DNA of 64,000 bases. It comes from an uncultured delta proteobacterium. GTDB lineage: Bacteria > Myxococcota > Myxococcia > Myxococcales > Anaeromyxobacteraceae. Below, one piece after another: positions 10,117-23,739 of this stretch. The translations under genes were made by a program, and so were the position numbers. Under the pieces are notes generated by a model. That model saw nothing but the letters and a program-made list of their open reading frames with translations. It made no database searches and had not been told where the DNA came from. The stretch spans positions 256,001 through 320,000 of the forward strand of contig CAVYBH010000012.1 in assembly GCA_963766715.1 (NCBI GenBank). Direction: 5' to 3'. Position 1 is the first letter of the stretch. Each line of letters starts with the position of its first letter.

Positions 10117-11318
10117 CCGTGGTACCAGGCGCTGTACCAGGGGTGCGGGTGCAGGTTGGCGAGGTTCTCCCCGTTGAGCTTCACGAGCGCGCGTCCCAGC
10201 GGTTCCGGTGAGCCGGTGTGGAGGACCGCGTAGCGGTCGGCGGCGTACTCCTGCCGCCGCGAGACGAACGTGGCGAGGGGCGTGGCCAGGAACGTGAACG
10301 CGCCGCCGGCGAGGAGGACGATGGCGATGGCCGGCCCCCAGGAGGGCCCCGGGAAGCCGAACGCCAGGAAGAAGGCGGGCCAGCGGACCAGCAGGGACAG
10401 GATCCAGAGCCCGGCGAGCGACGAGGCGAGCCCCCAGAGAAGGCGCTTCGCGACGTGCCGGAGCTGGAAGTGGCCAATCTCGTGGGCCAGGACCGCCGCC
10501 GATTCGTCGACCGTCATCGTCGAGACGAGCGTGTCGAAGAGGACGATGCGGGGCCGCACGAGCCCCGCGAAGTAGGCGTTGGAGTGGGAGGAGCGGCGCG
10601 AGGCGTCCATCACGAAGAGCCCGCGCGACCGGAAGCCGGTGGCGGCGCAGAGCGACTCGAGGCGGTCCCGCAGCTCGCCGGGTGGCAGCGCCGAGAAGCG
10701 GTTGAAGATCGGGGCGAGCACCGACGGGTAGAGCCAGAGGAGGACGACCTGGATCGCGGCGAGGAAGGCCCAGAGCCAGAGCCACCAGAGGGCGCCGCTC
10801 GCCGTCATGAAGAGCCACGCGCCCCACAGGACGGGCACGCCCAGCACGACCGAGAGTCCGATGCCCTTGGCGCGATCGGCCAGCCAGGTGGCGAGCGTGG
10901 CCCGGTTGAAGCCGAAGCGGGCCTCGACGACGAACGTGGCGTGGAGGGAGACCGGGAGCGCCGCGAGCCAGGTCGCGGCGGACAGCCCGGCCAGGAAGAG
11001 CACGAAGCGCCACCCGCCCGTAAAGCCCGCCGCCGCCAGGCGGGCGTCGAGCCAGGGGAGGGCGCCGGAGAAGAGGAGGGCGAGCGACACCGCGGCGTCC
11101 CAGGCCATGGCGACGAGCGCCAGGCGCCCTCGCGCGAGCGTGTAGGCGAGGCTGCGTGCGGCGGTCTCCGGGGAGACCCGCCCGGCGAGCGGGGCGGGTA
11201 CGCGCGGTCCCGTGGCCCGGGCGCGGCGCAGGTTGAGCGCGAGCAGGCCCCCCTCGACGAGGAGGCGCAGGGCGAAGAACGCCAGGACGGCGATGCGGAT
11301 CCGGGCTTCCACAATCAC
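9978..11318 (-). CDS. M48 (Ste24/HtpX) zinc metallopeptidase
   Basis: SRRSSHSNAYFAG, LAHEIGH zinc motif, SRRQEYAADRYA, HPTLLERL. Confidence 0.93.
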   Translation of the reverse strand: MIVEARIRIAVLAFFALRLLVEGGLLALNLRRARATGPRVPAPLAGRVSPETAARSLAYTLARGRLALVAMAWDAAVSLALLFSGALPWLDARLAAAGFTGGWRFVLFLAGLSAATWLAALPVSLHATFVVEARFGFNRATLATWLADRAKGIGLSVVLGVPVLWGAWLFMTASGALWWLWLWAFLAAIQVVLLWLYPSVLAPIFNRFSALPPGELRDRLESLCAATGFRSRGLFVMDASRRSSHSNAYFAGLVRPRIVLFDTLVSTMTVDESAAVLAHEIGHFQLRHVAKRLLWGLASSLAGLWILSLLVRWPAFFLAFGFPGPSWGPAIAIVLLAGGAFTFLATPLATFVSRRQEYAADRYAVLHTGSPEPLGRALVKLNGENLANLHPHPWYSAWYHGHPTLLERLRAFGAGSTASVEAGRHAAARRAASHTAAAAETGNRER

Positions 11319-11321
11319 GGC

Positions 11322-12818
11322 CTAGCGCCCGCGGGGCGGCGGCGCACCCCCGAGAGGGCCGGCGCGCTCGACCCGCCCGTCCCGGAGGCGAAGCTCGTGC
11401 CGGATCGACGGGACGACCTCGTCATCGTGATGGGTCACGAGCACCGTCGTGCGCCCGGCGCGGCAGAGCCGGTCCACGAGGTCCATGGCCTCCGCCCGCG
11501 CCCGCGGCTCGAGGCCGTTGAACGGCTCGTCGAGGAGCAGCACCTCCGGGTCGGTGACGAGGGCCCGCGCGAAGAGGAGCCGGCGCATCTCCCCGTAGGA
11601 GATGGCCTGGATGCTGCGCGTCGCCAGGTGTGCCGCCCCGACCGCGGCGAGCCATCCGGCGGCGGCCCTCCGTTGCTCGTCGGTGGGCTCCTCCCCGAGC
11701 CCGATGCTCCCGTGGAACCCGGAGAGCGCGACCTCGAGCCCGGTGGCGTCGCCCCGGTGGCGGGCCTGGAGATCGGGAGCCACCAGGCCGACCCGGGCGC
11801 GGACGTCGCGGACGTCGGCGCGGGTCCCGAGGTCGAGGCGGGCAATCCGGCCGTCCGGCGCGAGGTGCTCCTCGCCGACGAGCAGGCGCAGGAAGGTCGA
11901 CTTGCCGGCGCCGTTCGGGCCGCGAACCGCCCAGCTCTCCCCGCGACGCAGGGTCCAGTCGAGGTCGCGAAGCACCCTGCGCCCGTCCACCAGCACGTCT
12001 CCCCGGACCTGGAAGAGCGGCTCGCCCGCGGCCGTCCGCGACCGGGCGGGGATGGGGCCGGCGGCGGCCCGGGCCGGGAGCTCGCGCCAGGCGGCCTCCA
12101 CCACGTCGCGCGGACCGACGCGGACCACCCGTCCACCCTCCAGGATGGCCGCGTGACGCGCCTCGGGAACCACCTCCTCGGGACGGTGCGTCGCGAGCAC
12201 CGTGGCCGTGCCCTGCCGGGCCAGCGCGGACACCGCGTCGAGCACCCAGGCGCGGGACGCGGCGTCGAGGCCATTCACGAACTCGTCGAGGAGGAGGGCG
12301 CGTGGCCCGGGAGCCAGCGCCCGGGCGAGCAGCGCGCGCCTCGCCTCGCCGGTGGAGACCTCGACCAGGGGCCGCCGTCGAAGCGCGCCGAGCCCGAGCG
12401 CGCCCAGCGCGGCGTCGACCCGGCGCTCGGCGTCCGCGCCCAGCGACCCGCCGGGCCAGACGCCGTCGGTGAAGCCGCTGCGGACCACGTCCTCGACCGG
12501 GACGGCCCAGTCGCGACGTAGGTAAGCGTCCTGGGCCTCGGCGGAGACGAGCGCAATCCGCTCCCGTGCGCCGATCGGGCTCTCGGTGGGGGTCCCGTCC
12601 AGGTGGTAGAGCCGCCGGCCCCGGCTCGCCGGGTGGGGCCAGGCCTCGCCCCGGAGCAGCCGCAGGAGCGTGCTCTTCCCGGCGCCGTTCCCGCCGAAGA
12701 CGGCCCAGCTCTCCCCGTCCCGGAGCGAGAAGGAGACGCCCTCGAGCAGCGTCCGGCCCCAGAGCCGGACGTCGACGTCGTCGAGGGTGACGAGGAGGGC
12801 GCCCAAGCCGGCTGTCAT
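11322..12818 (-). CDS. double-domain ABC ATPase, ModF-like
   Basis: Two Walker A motifs (GGNGAGKST, GPNGAGKST), signature variants STGE and SYGE, two LLDE motifs. Confidence 0.85.
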   Translation of the reverse strand: MTAGLGALLVTLDDVDVRLWGRTLLEGVSFSLRDGESWAVFGGNGAGKSTLLRLLRGEAWPHPASRGRRLYHLDGTPTESPIGARERIALVSAEAQDAYLRRDWAVPVEDVVRSGFTDGVWPGGSLGADAERRVDAALGALGLGALRRRPLVEVSTGEARRALLARALAPGPRALLLDEFVNGLDAASRAWVLDAVSALARQGTATVLATHRPEEVVPEARHAAILEGGRVVRVGPRDVVEAAWRELPARAAAGPIPARSRTAAGEPLFQVRGDVLVDGRRVLRDLDWTLRRGESWAVRGPNGAGKSTFLRLLVGEEHLAPDGRIARLDLGTRADVRDVRARVGLVAPDLQARHRGDATGLEVALSGFHGSIGLGEEPTDEQRRAAAGWLAAVGAAHLATRSIQAISYGEMRRLLFARALVTDPEVLLLDEPFNGLEPRARAEAMDLVDRLCRAGRTTVLVTHHDDEVVPSIRHELRLRDGRVERAGPLGGAPPPRGR

Positions 12819-12868
12819 GCCCGACCCCGGGGCGACGCGCAACCGCCGGGAAGGGCTACAATCGGGCC

Positions 12869-14287
12869 GTGGAGGCGCGCATCGTCGAGTTCGCCCGGCT
12901 GCTCCGGCAGAACGGGGTCCGGGTCTCGCCCGCCGAGGCGGCCGACGCGGTGCGGGCCGCGGCCCTGGCCGGCGTGGCCAATCGCGAGACCTTCCGGGCG
13001 GCGTTGCGGTCCACCCTCGTGAAGCGAGGCGCCGACGCCGCCACCTTCGACCGGCTCTTCGCCCTCTACTTCTCCGGGCTCGCCCGCGTCGTCGAGGCGC
13101 TCGAGAAGTCGGTGCTGCGCGACCTGGAGGAGAGCGGCATCCTCGAGGGGGACGAGCTGACCATGGCGGCCATGACGCTCTCGCGCCTGTCGCCGCGCCT
13201 CTCTCCGCTCGCCCGGGCGGCCCTCACGGGCGATGCGGCGCTGCTGGCGCGGCTGCTCCGCGGCGCGGCCCTCACGCTCGACTTCTCCGGTCTCGAGGCC
13301 CAGACCCAGCTCGGCTTCTACGCGCGGCGCCTCCTCGCGGGGGCCGGCGGCGCCGGCCTCGCCGCGGAGATGGAGGGCTTCCCGCGGGCGCTCCGCGAGG
13401 CGGGCCTCGACCCGGCGCGCCTGGAGCTGGTGATGGAGCGGGTGCGGCGCGCGCTCGCGTCGGTCGAGGACGCCGCCCGGCGGTACGCGGAGCTGGAGCG
13501 GGAGGCCCGCTCGGAGCGCAGGCGCGAGGGATCGCTCGCCCAGCGCGCCTTTGCGACGCTCTCCCGGGAGGAGATCGTCCGGACCGAGAAGGCCGTCCGC
13601 CGCCTCGCCGAGCGGCTGCGCGACCGCCTGGCCCGGCGGGAACGCTCCCGGCGCCGGGGCGCCCTGAACGTCCGCCGCACGCTGCGGCGGAACCTGGCCT
13701 GGGGCGGGATCCCCGCGAGGCTGGCTTTCCGCGCCCGCCACCGGGCCCGCCCCGACGTGGTGGTGCTCTGCGACGTCTCCGACTCCGTCCGCCACGTCTC
13801 GCGGCTCATGCTGGTCTTCGTGCACACGCTCCAGTCGCTCTTCTCGCACGTGCGGAGCTTCGTCTTCGTGTCGGACCTGGGCGAGGTGACCGACGCCTTC
13901 CGCTCGGAGCGGGACGTGGCCCGCGCCGCCGACCTCGCCACGGCGGGACGGGCGGTGAGCCTGGCGGGGAACTCCAACTACGGCCGCGCCCTGGTCTCGT
14001 TTCACCGGCAGTACCTGGGAGCGGTGACCTCCCGCACCACCGTCATCGTCATCGGCGACGGGCGGACCAATTACCTCGCGCCCGAGTCGTGGGTGCTGCG
14101 GGAAATCCGGCGACGGGCGCGGCGCGTCCTGTGGATCTGCCCGGAGGAGCGCTGGGCCTGGGGGAGCGGGGACAGCGAGATGCCGATCTACGCCGCGCAG
14201 GTCGACCGGGTCGCCACCGCCACGCGCCTCTCCGACCTCGAGGAGATCGCCGAGGCGCTCCTCCCGCGCGCCGCCGCCCGGGGTTGA
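12869..14287 (+). CDS. CoxE-like VWA-domain protein
   Basis: EFARLLRQNGVRVS N-terminus, LNVRRTLRRN, MIDAS DVSDS, IGDGRTNY. Confidence 0.88.
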   Translation: MEARIVEFARLLRQNGVRVSPAEAADAVRAAALAGVANRETFRAALRSTLVKRGADAATFDRLFALYFSGLARVVEALEKSVLRDLEESGILEGDELTMAAMTLSRLSPRLSPLARAALTGDAALLARLLRGAALTLDFSGLEAQTQLGFYARRLLAGAGGAGLAAEMEGFPRALREAGLDPARLELVMERVRRALASVEDAARRYAELEREARSERRREGSLAQRAFATLSREEIVRTEKAVRRLAERLRDRLARRERSRRRGALNVRRTLRRNLAWGGIPARLAFRARHRARPDVVVLCDVSDSVRHVSRLMLVFVHTLQSLFSHVRSFVFVSDLGEVTDAFRSERDVARAADLATAGRAVSLAGNSNYGRALVSFHRQYLGAVTSRTTVIVIGDGRTNYLAPESWVLREIRRRARRVLWICPEERWAWGSGDSEMPIYAAQVDRVATATRLSDLEEIAEALLPRAAARG

Positions 14288-14312
14288 CGGCCCCGGGCCT
14301 TCGCCCTACGTT
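14284..14312 (+). promoter_or_regulatory. putative sigma70 promoter for miaB
   Basis: TTGACG-N17-TACGTT, 10 nt before the ATG. Confidence 0.5.
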
Positions 14313-14322
14313 CCGTCGCCCG

Positions 14323-15713
14323 ATGTCCGACCTGGTACCCCTCCGAAGGCCCGGCGCGGCCGCCGCCGGCGAGACTCCCGAGCCCTCCGCCGTCCGGAAG
14401 GTCTACGTCCACACGTTCGGATGCCAGATGAACGAGTCGGACAGCGACCGGATGGTGGAGGCGTTGGCGGGGCGGGCCTGGTCGCGCACCGCCCACCCCG
14501 AGGACGCCGACCTCATCCTCCTCAACACCTGCTCGGTGCGGGAGAAGGCGGAGCAGAAGCTCCTCTCCGCGCTGGGGCGATACCGGGAGCACAAGGCCCG
14601 CCGGGGCGCCCTCATCGCGGTGGGGGGCTGCGTGGCCCAGCAGGAGAAGGAGGCCCTGCTGAAGCGCGTGCCCTACGTCGACTTCGTGTTCGGCCCCGAC
14701 CACGTGGGGCGCCTGCCGGAGATGGTGGCCCGGGCCGACGGCCGGGAGCGGTTCGTCGAGACCGGCTGGATGGACTCGGAGGAGTACGTCTTCCCCCGCG
14801 CCGACGCCGAGGCGGCCCGCGGACGCGCCAGCGCCTTCGTCACCGCCATGAAGGGCTGCGACAACGTCTGCTCCTTCTGCATCGTGCCGCGCACCCGGGG
14901 GCGCGAGGTCTCGCGCCCGTACCCGGAGATCGCGGCCGAGGTCGGGGAGCTGGCCTCGGTGGGCGTGCGCGAGGTCACCCTGATCGGCCAGAACGTGAAC
15001 TCGTACCGGGGCGGCTGCAGCTTCGCCTCGCTGCTGCGACGGGTCGCGGCGGTCCCGGGCATCGAGCGGGTCCGCTTCACGACCAGCCACCCGCACAATC
15101 TCTCCGACGAGCTCGTCCTGGCCTTCCGGGACGAGCCCCGGATCATGCCGCACTTCCACCTGCCGGTTCAGTCCGGCTCCGACGCGGTGCTCCGCCGCAT
15201 GCGGCGCGACTACGGGGTGGAGGAGTACCTGGAGCGCCACCGCAGGCTCACCGAGGCCCGCCCGGGCATCGCGGTCACCACCGACTTCATCGTCGGCTTC
15301 CCCGGCGAGACCGACGAGGACTTCGAGGCCTCGCTCCGGCTGCTGCGGACGGCCCGCTTCGACAACTCCTTCAGCTTCGTCTTCAGCCCCCGCCCGCACA
15401 CCGGTGCGGCGCTCCGGCTCGGCAGCGCGCCCGAGTGGCAGGAGGTGCCGCGGGCGGTGTCGGTGGAGCGGCTGGAGCGGCTCCAGGCCGAGCAGCGGGT
15501 CATCGCCGTGGCGGTCCTGGCCGAGCAGCTGGGTCGGGAGGTCGAGGTCCTGGTCGAGGGCGTCTCCGACGACGGCGGCCACATGGGGCGCACGCCCGAG
15601 AACCGGATCGTCCACCTGGAGTCGCACGGCCGGGAGCTTCCCCCGGGTCCCTGGTCCGGGCGCGCGTCGTTCGCGCCGGGCACAGCTCGCTCGGGGCGGA
15701 GCTGGCCGCGTGA
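14323..15713 (+). CDS. miaB: tRNA methylthiotransferase MiaB (frameshift near 15640)
   Basis: TFGCQMNESDS, NTCSVREKAE, radical-SAM CDNVCSFC, HLPVQSGS, DFIVGFPGET, C-terminal TRAM domain. Confidence 0.95.
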
Positions 15714-16087
15714 AGCGCGCCGCCTGGGCCTTCTTCCCCGCGCTGGCCTACGCGGGGCTGATCTTCTACCTGTCCTCGCGCTCCGACCCGCTTCCCTTCC
15801 TCCCGCCCGCCTTCTTCCAGCAGGACAAGCTGCTGCACGCCGCCGAGTACGCGGTCCTGGGTGCGCTGCTCGTCCCGGCCCTCCGGCTGGCGGGGTTACG
15901 GCCCGGGCTCGCGCTCGTGGGCGCCATCCTCCTCGCGAGCGCCTTCGGAGCCAGCGACGAGATCCACCAGTCCTACGTGCCGGCCCGGACCGCCGACGCC
16001 GCCGACTGGGCGGCCGATACCGTGGGAGCCGCAATCGGCGCCTCCCTGGCGGCCGCCTTCTTGCGGCGTCCCCGGGGCGCGGGCTAG
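15710..16087 (+). CDS. VanZ-family membrane protein
   Basis: DKLLHAAEY, DEIHQSYVPAR, DWAAD. Confidence 0.9.
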   Translation: MKRAAWAFFPALAYAGLIFYLSSRSDPLPFLPPAFFQQDKLLHAAEYAVLGALLVPALRLAGLRPGLALVGAILLASAFGASDEIHQSYVPARTADAADWAADTVGAAIGASLAAAFLRRPRGAG

Positions 16088-16101
16088 CATCCCCCACGAA
16101 C

Positions 16102-16632
16102 ATGGCCCTGATACGCGCGTTTGGAGGGAAGGCGCCGCGGCTCGACGACAGCGTCTGGGTGGCGGAGGGCGCGGTGATCGTCGGGGACGTCGAGATCGGC
16201 CCGGCTTCCTCCGTCTGGTTCGGCGCGGTGGTGCGGGGAGACGTGAACCACATCCGGATCGGGGCTCGCACGAACGTCCAGGACTACTGCGTGCTCCACG
16301 TCACCAGCCGGACCCACGCCACGGTCGTCGGGGACGACGTGACCCTCGGGCACCGGGTCACGCTGCACGGCTGCACGGTCAAGGACCGCTGCCTGGTGGG
16401 CATCGGCGCCGTGGTGATGGACGGGGCCGTCGTGGGCGAGGACGCCATGGTGGGCGCCGGCGCCCTGGTGCCGCCCGGGATGGTCGTGCCGCCGGGCATG
16501 CTGGCGGTGGGCTCCCCCGCCAAGGTGAAGCGGGAGCTCACCCGCGAGGAGATCGAGTACTTCCGGAGATCGGCCGCGAACTACGCCGGGTACGCCGAGC
16601 AGTACCGGAGAGAGGGCTGGGCCGGGCGATGA
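16102..16632 (+). CDS. gamma carbonic anhydrase family protein
   Basis: Hexapeptide repeats, VWFGAVVRGD, NVQD, VLH, GHRVTLHGC. Confidence 0.93.
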   Translation: MALIRAFGGKAPRLDDSVWVAEGAVIVGDVEIGPASSVWFGAVVRGDVNHIRIGARTNVQDYCVLHVTSRTHATVVGDDVTLGHRVTLHGCTVKDRCLVGIGAVVMDGAVVGEDAMVGAGALVPPGMVVPPGMLAVGSPAKVKRELTREEIEYFRRSAANYAGYAEQYRREGWAGR

Positions 16633-17084
16633 CCGTCATCGAGGCGCTCCAGAAGTCGACGCTGTTCCGCGAGTTCAGCGAGACGGGGCTCAAGATCTTC
16701 GCGGCCATCGCCACGGAGAAGAGCATCCCCGCCGGTGCCCCGCTCTTCGCCGAGAACATGGTCGGCGAGTCGATGTTCATCGTGAAGAGCGGAAGCGTGC
16801 GGATCGTCAGCCACGACTCCGGGCCCGATCGGGCGCTGGCCATCCTGGGCGCCGGCGAGCACCTGGGCGAGCTGGCGCTGCTCGCGCGCAGCGTCCGGCT
16901 GGTGTCGGCGGTGGCCGAGACGCCCTGCGAGCTCGTCGAGATCAGCCAGCGGGACTTCTACCGGCTGCAGCCCCAGAAGCCCCAGGCCTGCCTCAAGCTG
17001 GCGCTGGCCATCGCCGCCGACCTGGCCCGGAAGATGGCCGAGGGGCGCGACGCCCTGCGAACGCTCGCCGAGCCCAAGGGCTAG
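16629..17084 (+). CDS. cyclic nucleotide-binding domain protein
   Basis: MFIVKSGSVRI, GEHLGELALL, RLVSAVA. Confidence 0.85.
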   Translation: MTVIEALQKSTLFREFSETGLKIFAAIATEKSIPAGAPLFAENMVGESMFIVKSGSVRIVSHDSGPDRALAILGAGEHLGELALLARSVRLVSAVAETPCELVEISQRDFYRLQPQKPQACLKLALAIAADLARKMAEGRDALRTLAEPKG

Positions 17085-17103
17085 CGGTCGGAGAGGGCAC
17101 GGC

Positions 17104-17775
17104 GTGCTGGAGCGTCTCGTCGATCACCTGCAGTCCCAGTCCCTCGGCCTGGGGTACGCCGCCGTGTTCGGGCTCCTGCTCGCGGCCGGCTTCGGATTCC
17201 CCCTGCCCGAGGACGTGCCGCTCATCGCCGGCGGCGTCCTCGCCTGGCTGGCCTCCCCCATGGAGTCGGTCTCGCTGGCCGGGATGCTCGCCGACACCGG
17301 CTTCCAGGGAATGGTGGCCGTGGGAATGGCCGGGATCCTGGTGGGCGACTCGGTCATCTACTGGGCGGGGAGGAGGGTCGGGCGCCGCGTGGCCGAGATC
17401 TGGCCCTTCCGGCGCATGATCACGCCCGAGAAGCTGGAGCGGGTGGAGCGGCTCCTGCGGCAGCGAGGGAAGGTCGTCGTGATGGTGGCCCGGTTCCTCC
17501 CCGGGTTGCGGGCGCCCACCTACTTCACCGTGGGGCACTCGCGCGTCCCGTTCTGGGAGTTCCTGCTCTTCGACGGGCTGGCCGCGCTGGTGTCCGCGCC
17601 GCTCTGGGTCTGCCTGGGATTCTGGTTCGGCGACGACATCGAGCGGGCCGCGAGGGCAGGGTCGCAGTTCGGCGGCTACATCCTGACCGGCGTCCTCGTC
17701 GTCGTCGCCCTGCTGCTCGGGCGAGCCTGGCTCCAGCGGAGGCGCGAGAAGCGCACCGCACCGCCCGCCGGCTAA
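17104..17775 (+). CDS. DedA-family membrane protein
   Basis: FPLPED, GDSVIYWAGR, ARFLPGLR. Confidence 0.92.
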   Translation: MLERLVDHLQSQSLGLGYAAVFGLLLAAGFGFPLPEDVPLIAGGVLAWLASPMESVSLAGMLADTGFQGMVAVGMAGILVGDSVIYWAGRRVGRRVAEIWPFRRMITPEKLERVERLLRQRGKVVVMVARFLPGLRAPTYFTVGHSRVPFWEFLLFDGLAALVSAPLWVCLGFWFGDDIERAARAGSQFGGYILTGVLVVVALLLGRAWLQRRREKRTAPPAG

Positions 17776-17791
17776 AGCCCGTCCCGCCTCG

Positions 17792-21213
<3,422 letters not shown>

Positions 21214-21220
21214 GGGACCC

Positions 21221-22777
21221 ATGGACATCCACAGCGAGAAGATCCTCGTCCTCGATTTCGGTTCCCAGTACACCCAGCTCATCGCCCGCCGGCTCCGCGA
21301 GCTGGGCGTCTACTGCGAGATCCACCCCTGCACCATGTCCGGGACGGCCATGCGGGCCTGGAACCCGCGCGGCGTGGTCCTGTCGGGGGGGCCGGCGAGC
21401 GTGCTCGCCGAGGGCAGCCCGCGCGTCGACCGCACGGTCTGGGACCTGGGCGTCCCGGTGCTCGGCATCTGCTACGGGCTGCAGCTCATCGCCCACGAGC
21501 TGGGCGGCAAGGTCGACCGGGCCGCTCACCGGGAGTACGGGCCGGCGACCATCGACGCCCGCGGGGAGTCGCCCCTGTTCCGCGGCCTGCCCGGGAAGCT
21601 CGACGTCTGGATGAGCCACGGCGACCGGGTCGAGGCCCTGCCGCCCGGGTTCGAGCCGGTGGCGTCGACCGGAAACGCGCCGTTCGCCGCGGTGGAGGAC
21701 GCGCGCCGGCGCATCTACGGCGTGCAGTTCCATCCCGAGGTGGTCCACACGCCCCGGGGAGCGGAGCTGCTCCGGAACTTCGCCATCGGGGTCTGCGGGG
21801 TGTCCGGCTCCTGGTCGATGCGCGCCTACGTCGACGTGGCGGTGGAGCAGATCCGCGCCCAGGTCGGCGACGGGCACGCCATCTGCGCGCTCTCCGGCGG
21901 CGTCGACTCGGCGGTGGCGGCGGTGCTCGTGCACCGGGCCATCGGGGACCGCCTGCGGTGCATCTTCGTGGACAACGGCGTGCTGCGCGCCGGGGAGCGG
22001 GAGCAGGTCGAGAAGGTCTTCGGCCAGATGTTCCACCTGCCGCTCGTCACGGTCGACGCCCGCTTCCGCTTCCTCGCCAAGCTGGCCGGGGTCACCGACC
22101 CGGAGCAGAAGCGCAAGATCATCGGGCGCGAGTTCATCGCCGTCTTCGAGGAGGAGGTCGAGCGGCTCTCGAGGGATGGGGAGCGGGCGGAGTTCCTCGT
22201 GCAGGGGACCCTCTACCCCGACGTCATCGAGAGCGTGTCCTTCAAGGGACCGTCCGCCACCATCAAGAGCCACCACAACGTGGGCGGCCTCCCGGAGGTG
22301 ATGAAGCTCGCGCTCGTCGAGCCGCTGCGGGAGCTCTTCAAGGACGAGGTGCGCAGGCTGGGCGTCGAGCTCGGCCTCCCGCCGGAGTCGGTCCAGCGCC
22401 AGCCCTTCCCGGGTCCGGGGCTCGCCATCCGCGTCCTCGGCGAGGTCACCGAGGAGAAGCTCGAGGTCCTTCGCCGGGCCGACGCCATCGTCCAGGAGGA
22501 GGTCCGGAAGGCCGGCCTGTACGAGAAGCTCTGGCAGTCCTTCGCGGTGCTCCTGCCGGTCCGGAGCGTGGGAGTCATGGGCGACGAGCGGACCTACGAG
22601 GCGACCTGCGCCATCCGGTCCGTGGACTCCACGGACGGGATGACGGGGGACTGGTCCCGCCTGCCGTACGACCTCCTGGCCCGGCTCTCCACCCGGATCA
22701 TCAACGAGGTCAGGGGAATCAACCGGGTGGTCTACGACATCTCGTCGAAGCCGCCCGCGACCATCGAGTGGGAATGA
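21221..22777 (+). CDS. guaA: GMP synthase (glutamine-hydrolysing)
   Basis: [44 protein letters not shown]. Confidence 0.97.
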   Translation: MDIHSEKILVLDFGSQYTQLIARRLRELGVYCEIHPCTMSGTAMRAWNPRGVVLSGGPASVLAEGSPRVDRTVWDLGVPVLGICYGLQLIAHELGGKVDRAAHREYGPATIDARGESPLFRGLPGKLDVWMSHGDRVEALPPGFEPVASTGNAPFAAVEDARRRIYGVQFHPEVVHTPRGAELLRNFAIGVCGVSGSWSMRAYVDVAVEQIRAQVGDGHAICALSGGVDSAVAAVLVHRAIGDRLRCIFVDNGVLRAGEREQVEKVFGQMFHLPLVTVDARFRFLAKLAGVTDPEQKRKIIGREFIAVFEEEVERLSRDGERAEFLVQGTLYPDVIESVSFKGPSATIKSHHNVGGLPEVMKLALVEPLRELFKDEVRRLGVELGLPPESVQRQPFPGPGLAIRVLGEVTEEKLEVLRRADAIVQEEVRKAGLYEKLWQSFAVLLPVRSVGVMGDERTYEATCAIRSVDSTDGMTGDWSRLPYDLLARLSTRIINEVRGINRVVYDISSKPPATIEWE

Positions 22778-22891
22778 CGCAGCGCGCCTGAGCCGGGGAC
22801 GCCCCCCTCGGGCCCCGTTCGCCCCCGACCCAGGCGGGATTGCGGCGTCTTCGGCTTGCCGGAAGGCCCCGCTCGGAGCAATAACGAGCAA

Positions 22892-23719
22892 ATGCCCGTT
22901 TTCCGAGCGCCCCTGCGCGCGCTGCTCGTCCTCCTGTCCCTGGTCATCGCAACTCCCTCCTCGTGGGCCCAGGCGCCCGCCGCCGCACCCGCGCCGGCCG
23001 CCACTGCTGCGCCGGCGGCCGCGGCTGCGCCGTCGCCTGGGCTGGCCGCGCTCCTGGCCGAGATCGACGCCAACTGGGCGATCCGCGATCAGCCCGGGAA
23101 GATGGACGTCGACCTCGCCCTGCTCCAGAAGGCCGAGAAGCTCGCCCCCAACGACTACGAGGTCGTCTGGCGCCTGGCGCGCCACTACTACTGGCTCGCC
23201 GACGACCCTTCGGCCCCGAACGAGGAGAAGGCCCGCACCGGCAAGATCACCTGGGACGTCGGCGATCGCGCCACGCAGATCAATCCGGGCCGGGTGGAAG
23301 GGTGGTTCTACGCCTCCGCCGGCGTCGGCATGTACTCGATCGGCATCAGCATCATCAAGGCGCTGCTCGACGGGATGGAGTCGAAGTACCTCGACAGGCT
23401 CAAGCGGTCGCAGGCCGCCGACCCGTCCTACTACGGCTACGGGGGCGACGTGTCGTGGGGGCGCTACTACTACGAGCTGCCCTGGCCCAAGTACGACGGG
23501 GAGAAGAGCGAGCAGGCCTTCCGCAAGGCGCTGCGCAACTACCCGAAGAACCTCCGCGCCAAGGTCTACCTGGCCGAGCTGTACATCAAGGAAGACCACC
23601 CGGAGGAGGCGAGGAAGCTGCTCGAGGCCGTGCTCGCCGCCAAGCCGGGCGAGTACGACGCGCCGGAGGAACGGCGCGCCCAGGGGCTGGCGCGCGCCGC
23701 CCTCGCCAAGATCAAGTAG
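22892..23719 (+). CDS. secreted TPR-like helical protein
   Basis: Signal peptide, Ala/Pro linker, helical repeats (VVWRLARHYY, GRYYYELPW, AKVYLAELY). Confidence 0.75.
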   Translation: MPVFRAPLRALLVLLSLVIATPSSWAQAPAAAPAPAATAAPAAAAAPSPGLAALLAEIDANWAIRDQPGKMDVDLALLQKAEKLAPNDYEVVWRLARHYYWLADDPSAPNEEKARTGKITWDVGDRATQINPGRVEGWFYASAGVGMYSIGISIIKALLDGMESKYLDRLKRSQAADPSYYGYGGDVSWGRYYYELPWPKYDGEKSEQAFRKALRNYPKNLRAKVYLAELYIKEDHPEEARKLLEAVLAAKPGEYDAPEERRAQGLARAALAKIK

Positions 23720-23739
23720 AGTTCACCCAGGGAGGAAGC

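Noticed and set aside
12670..16632. 1320-aa ORF apparently fusing MiaB and gamma carbonic anhydrase
   Set aside because: Artefact of the miaB frameshift and scarce stop codons in high-GC DNA; VanZ lies between them in another frame.
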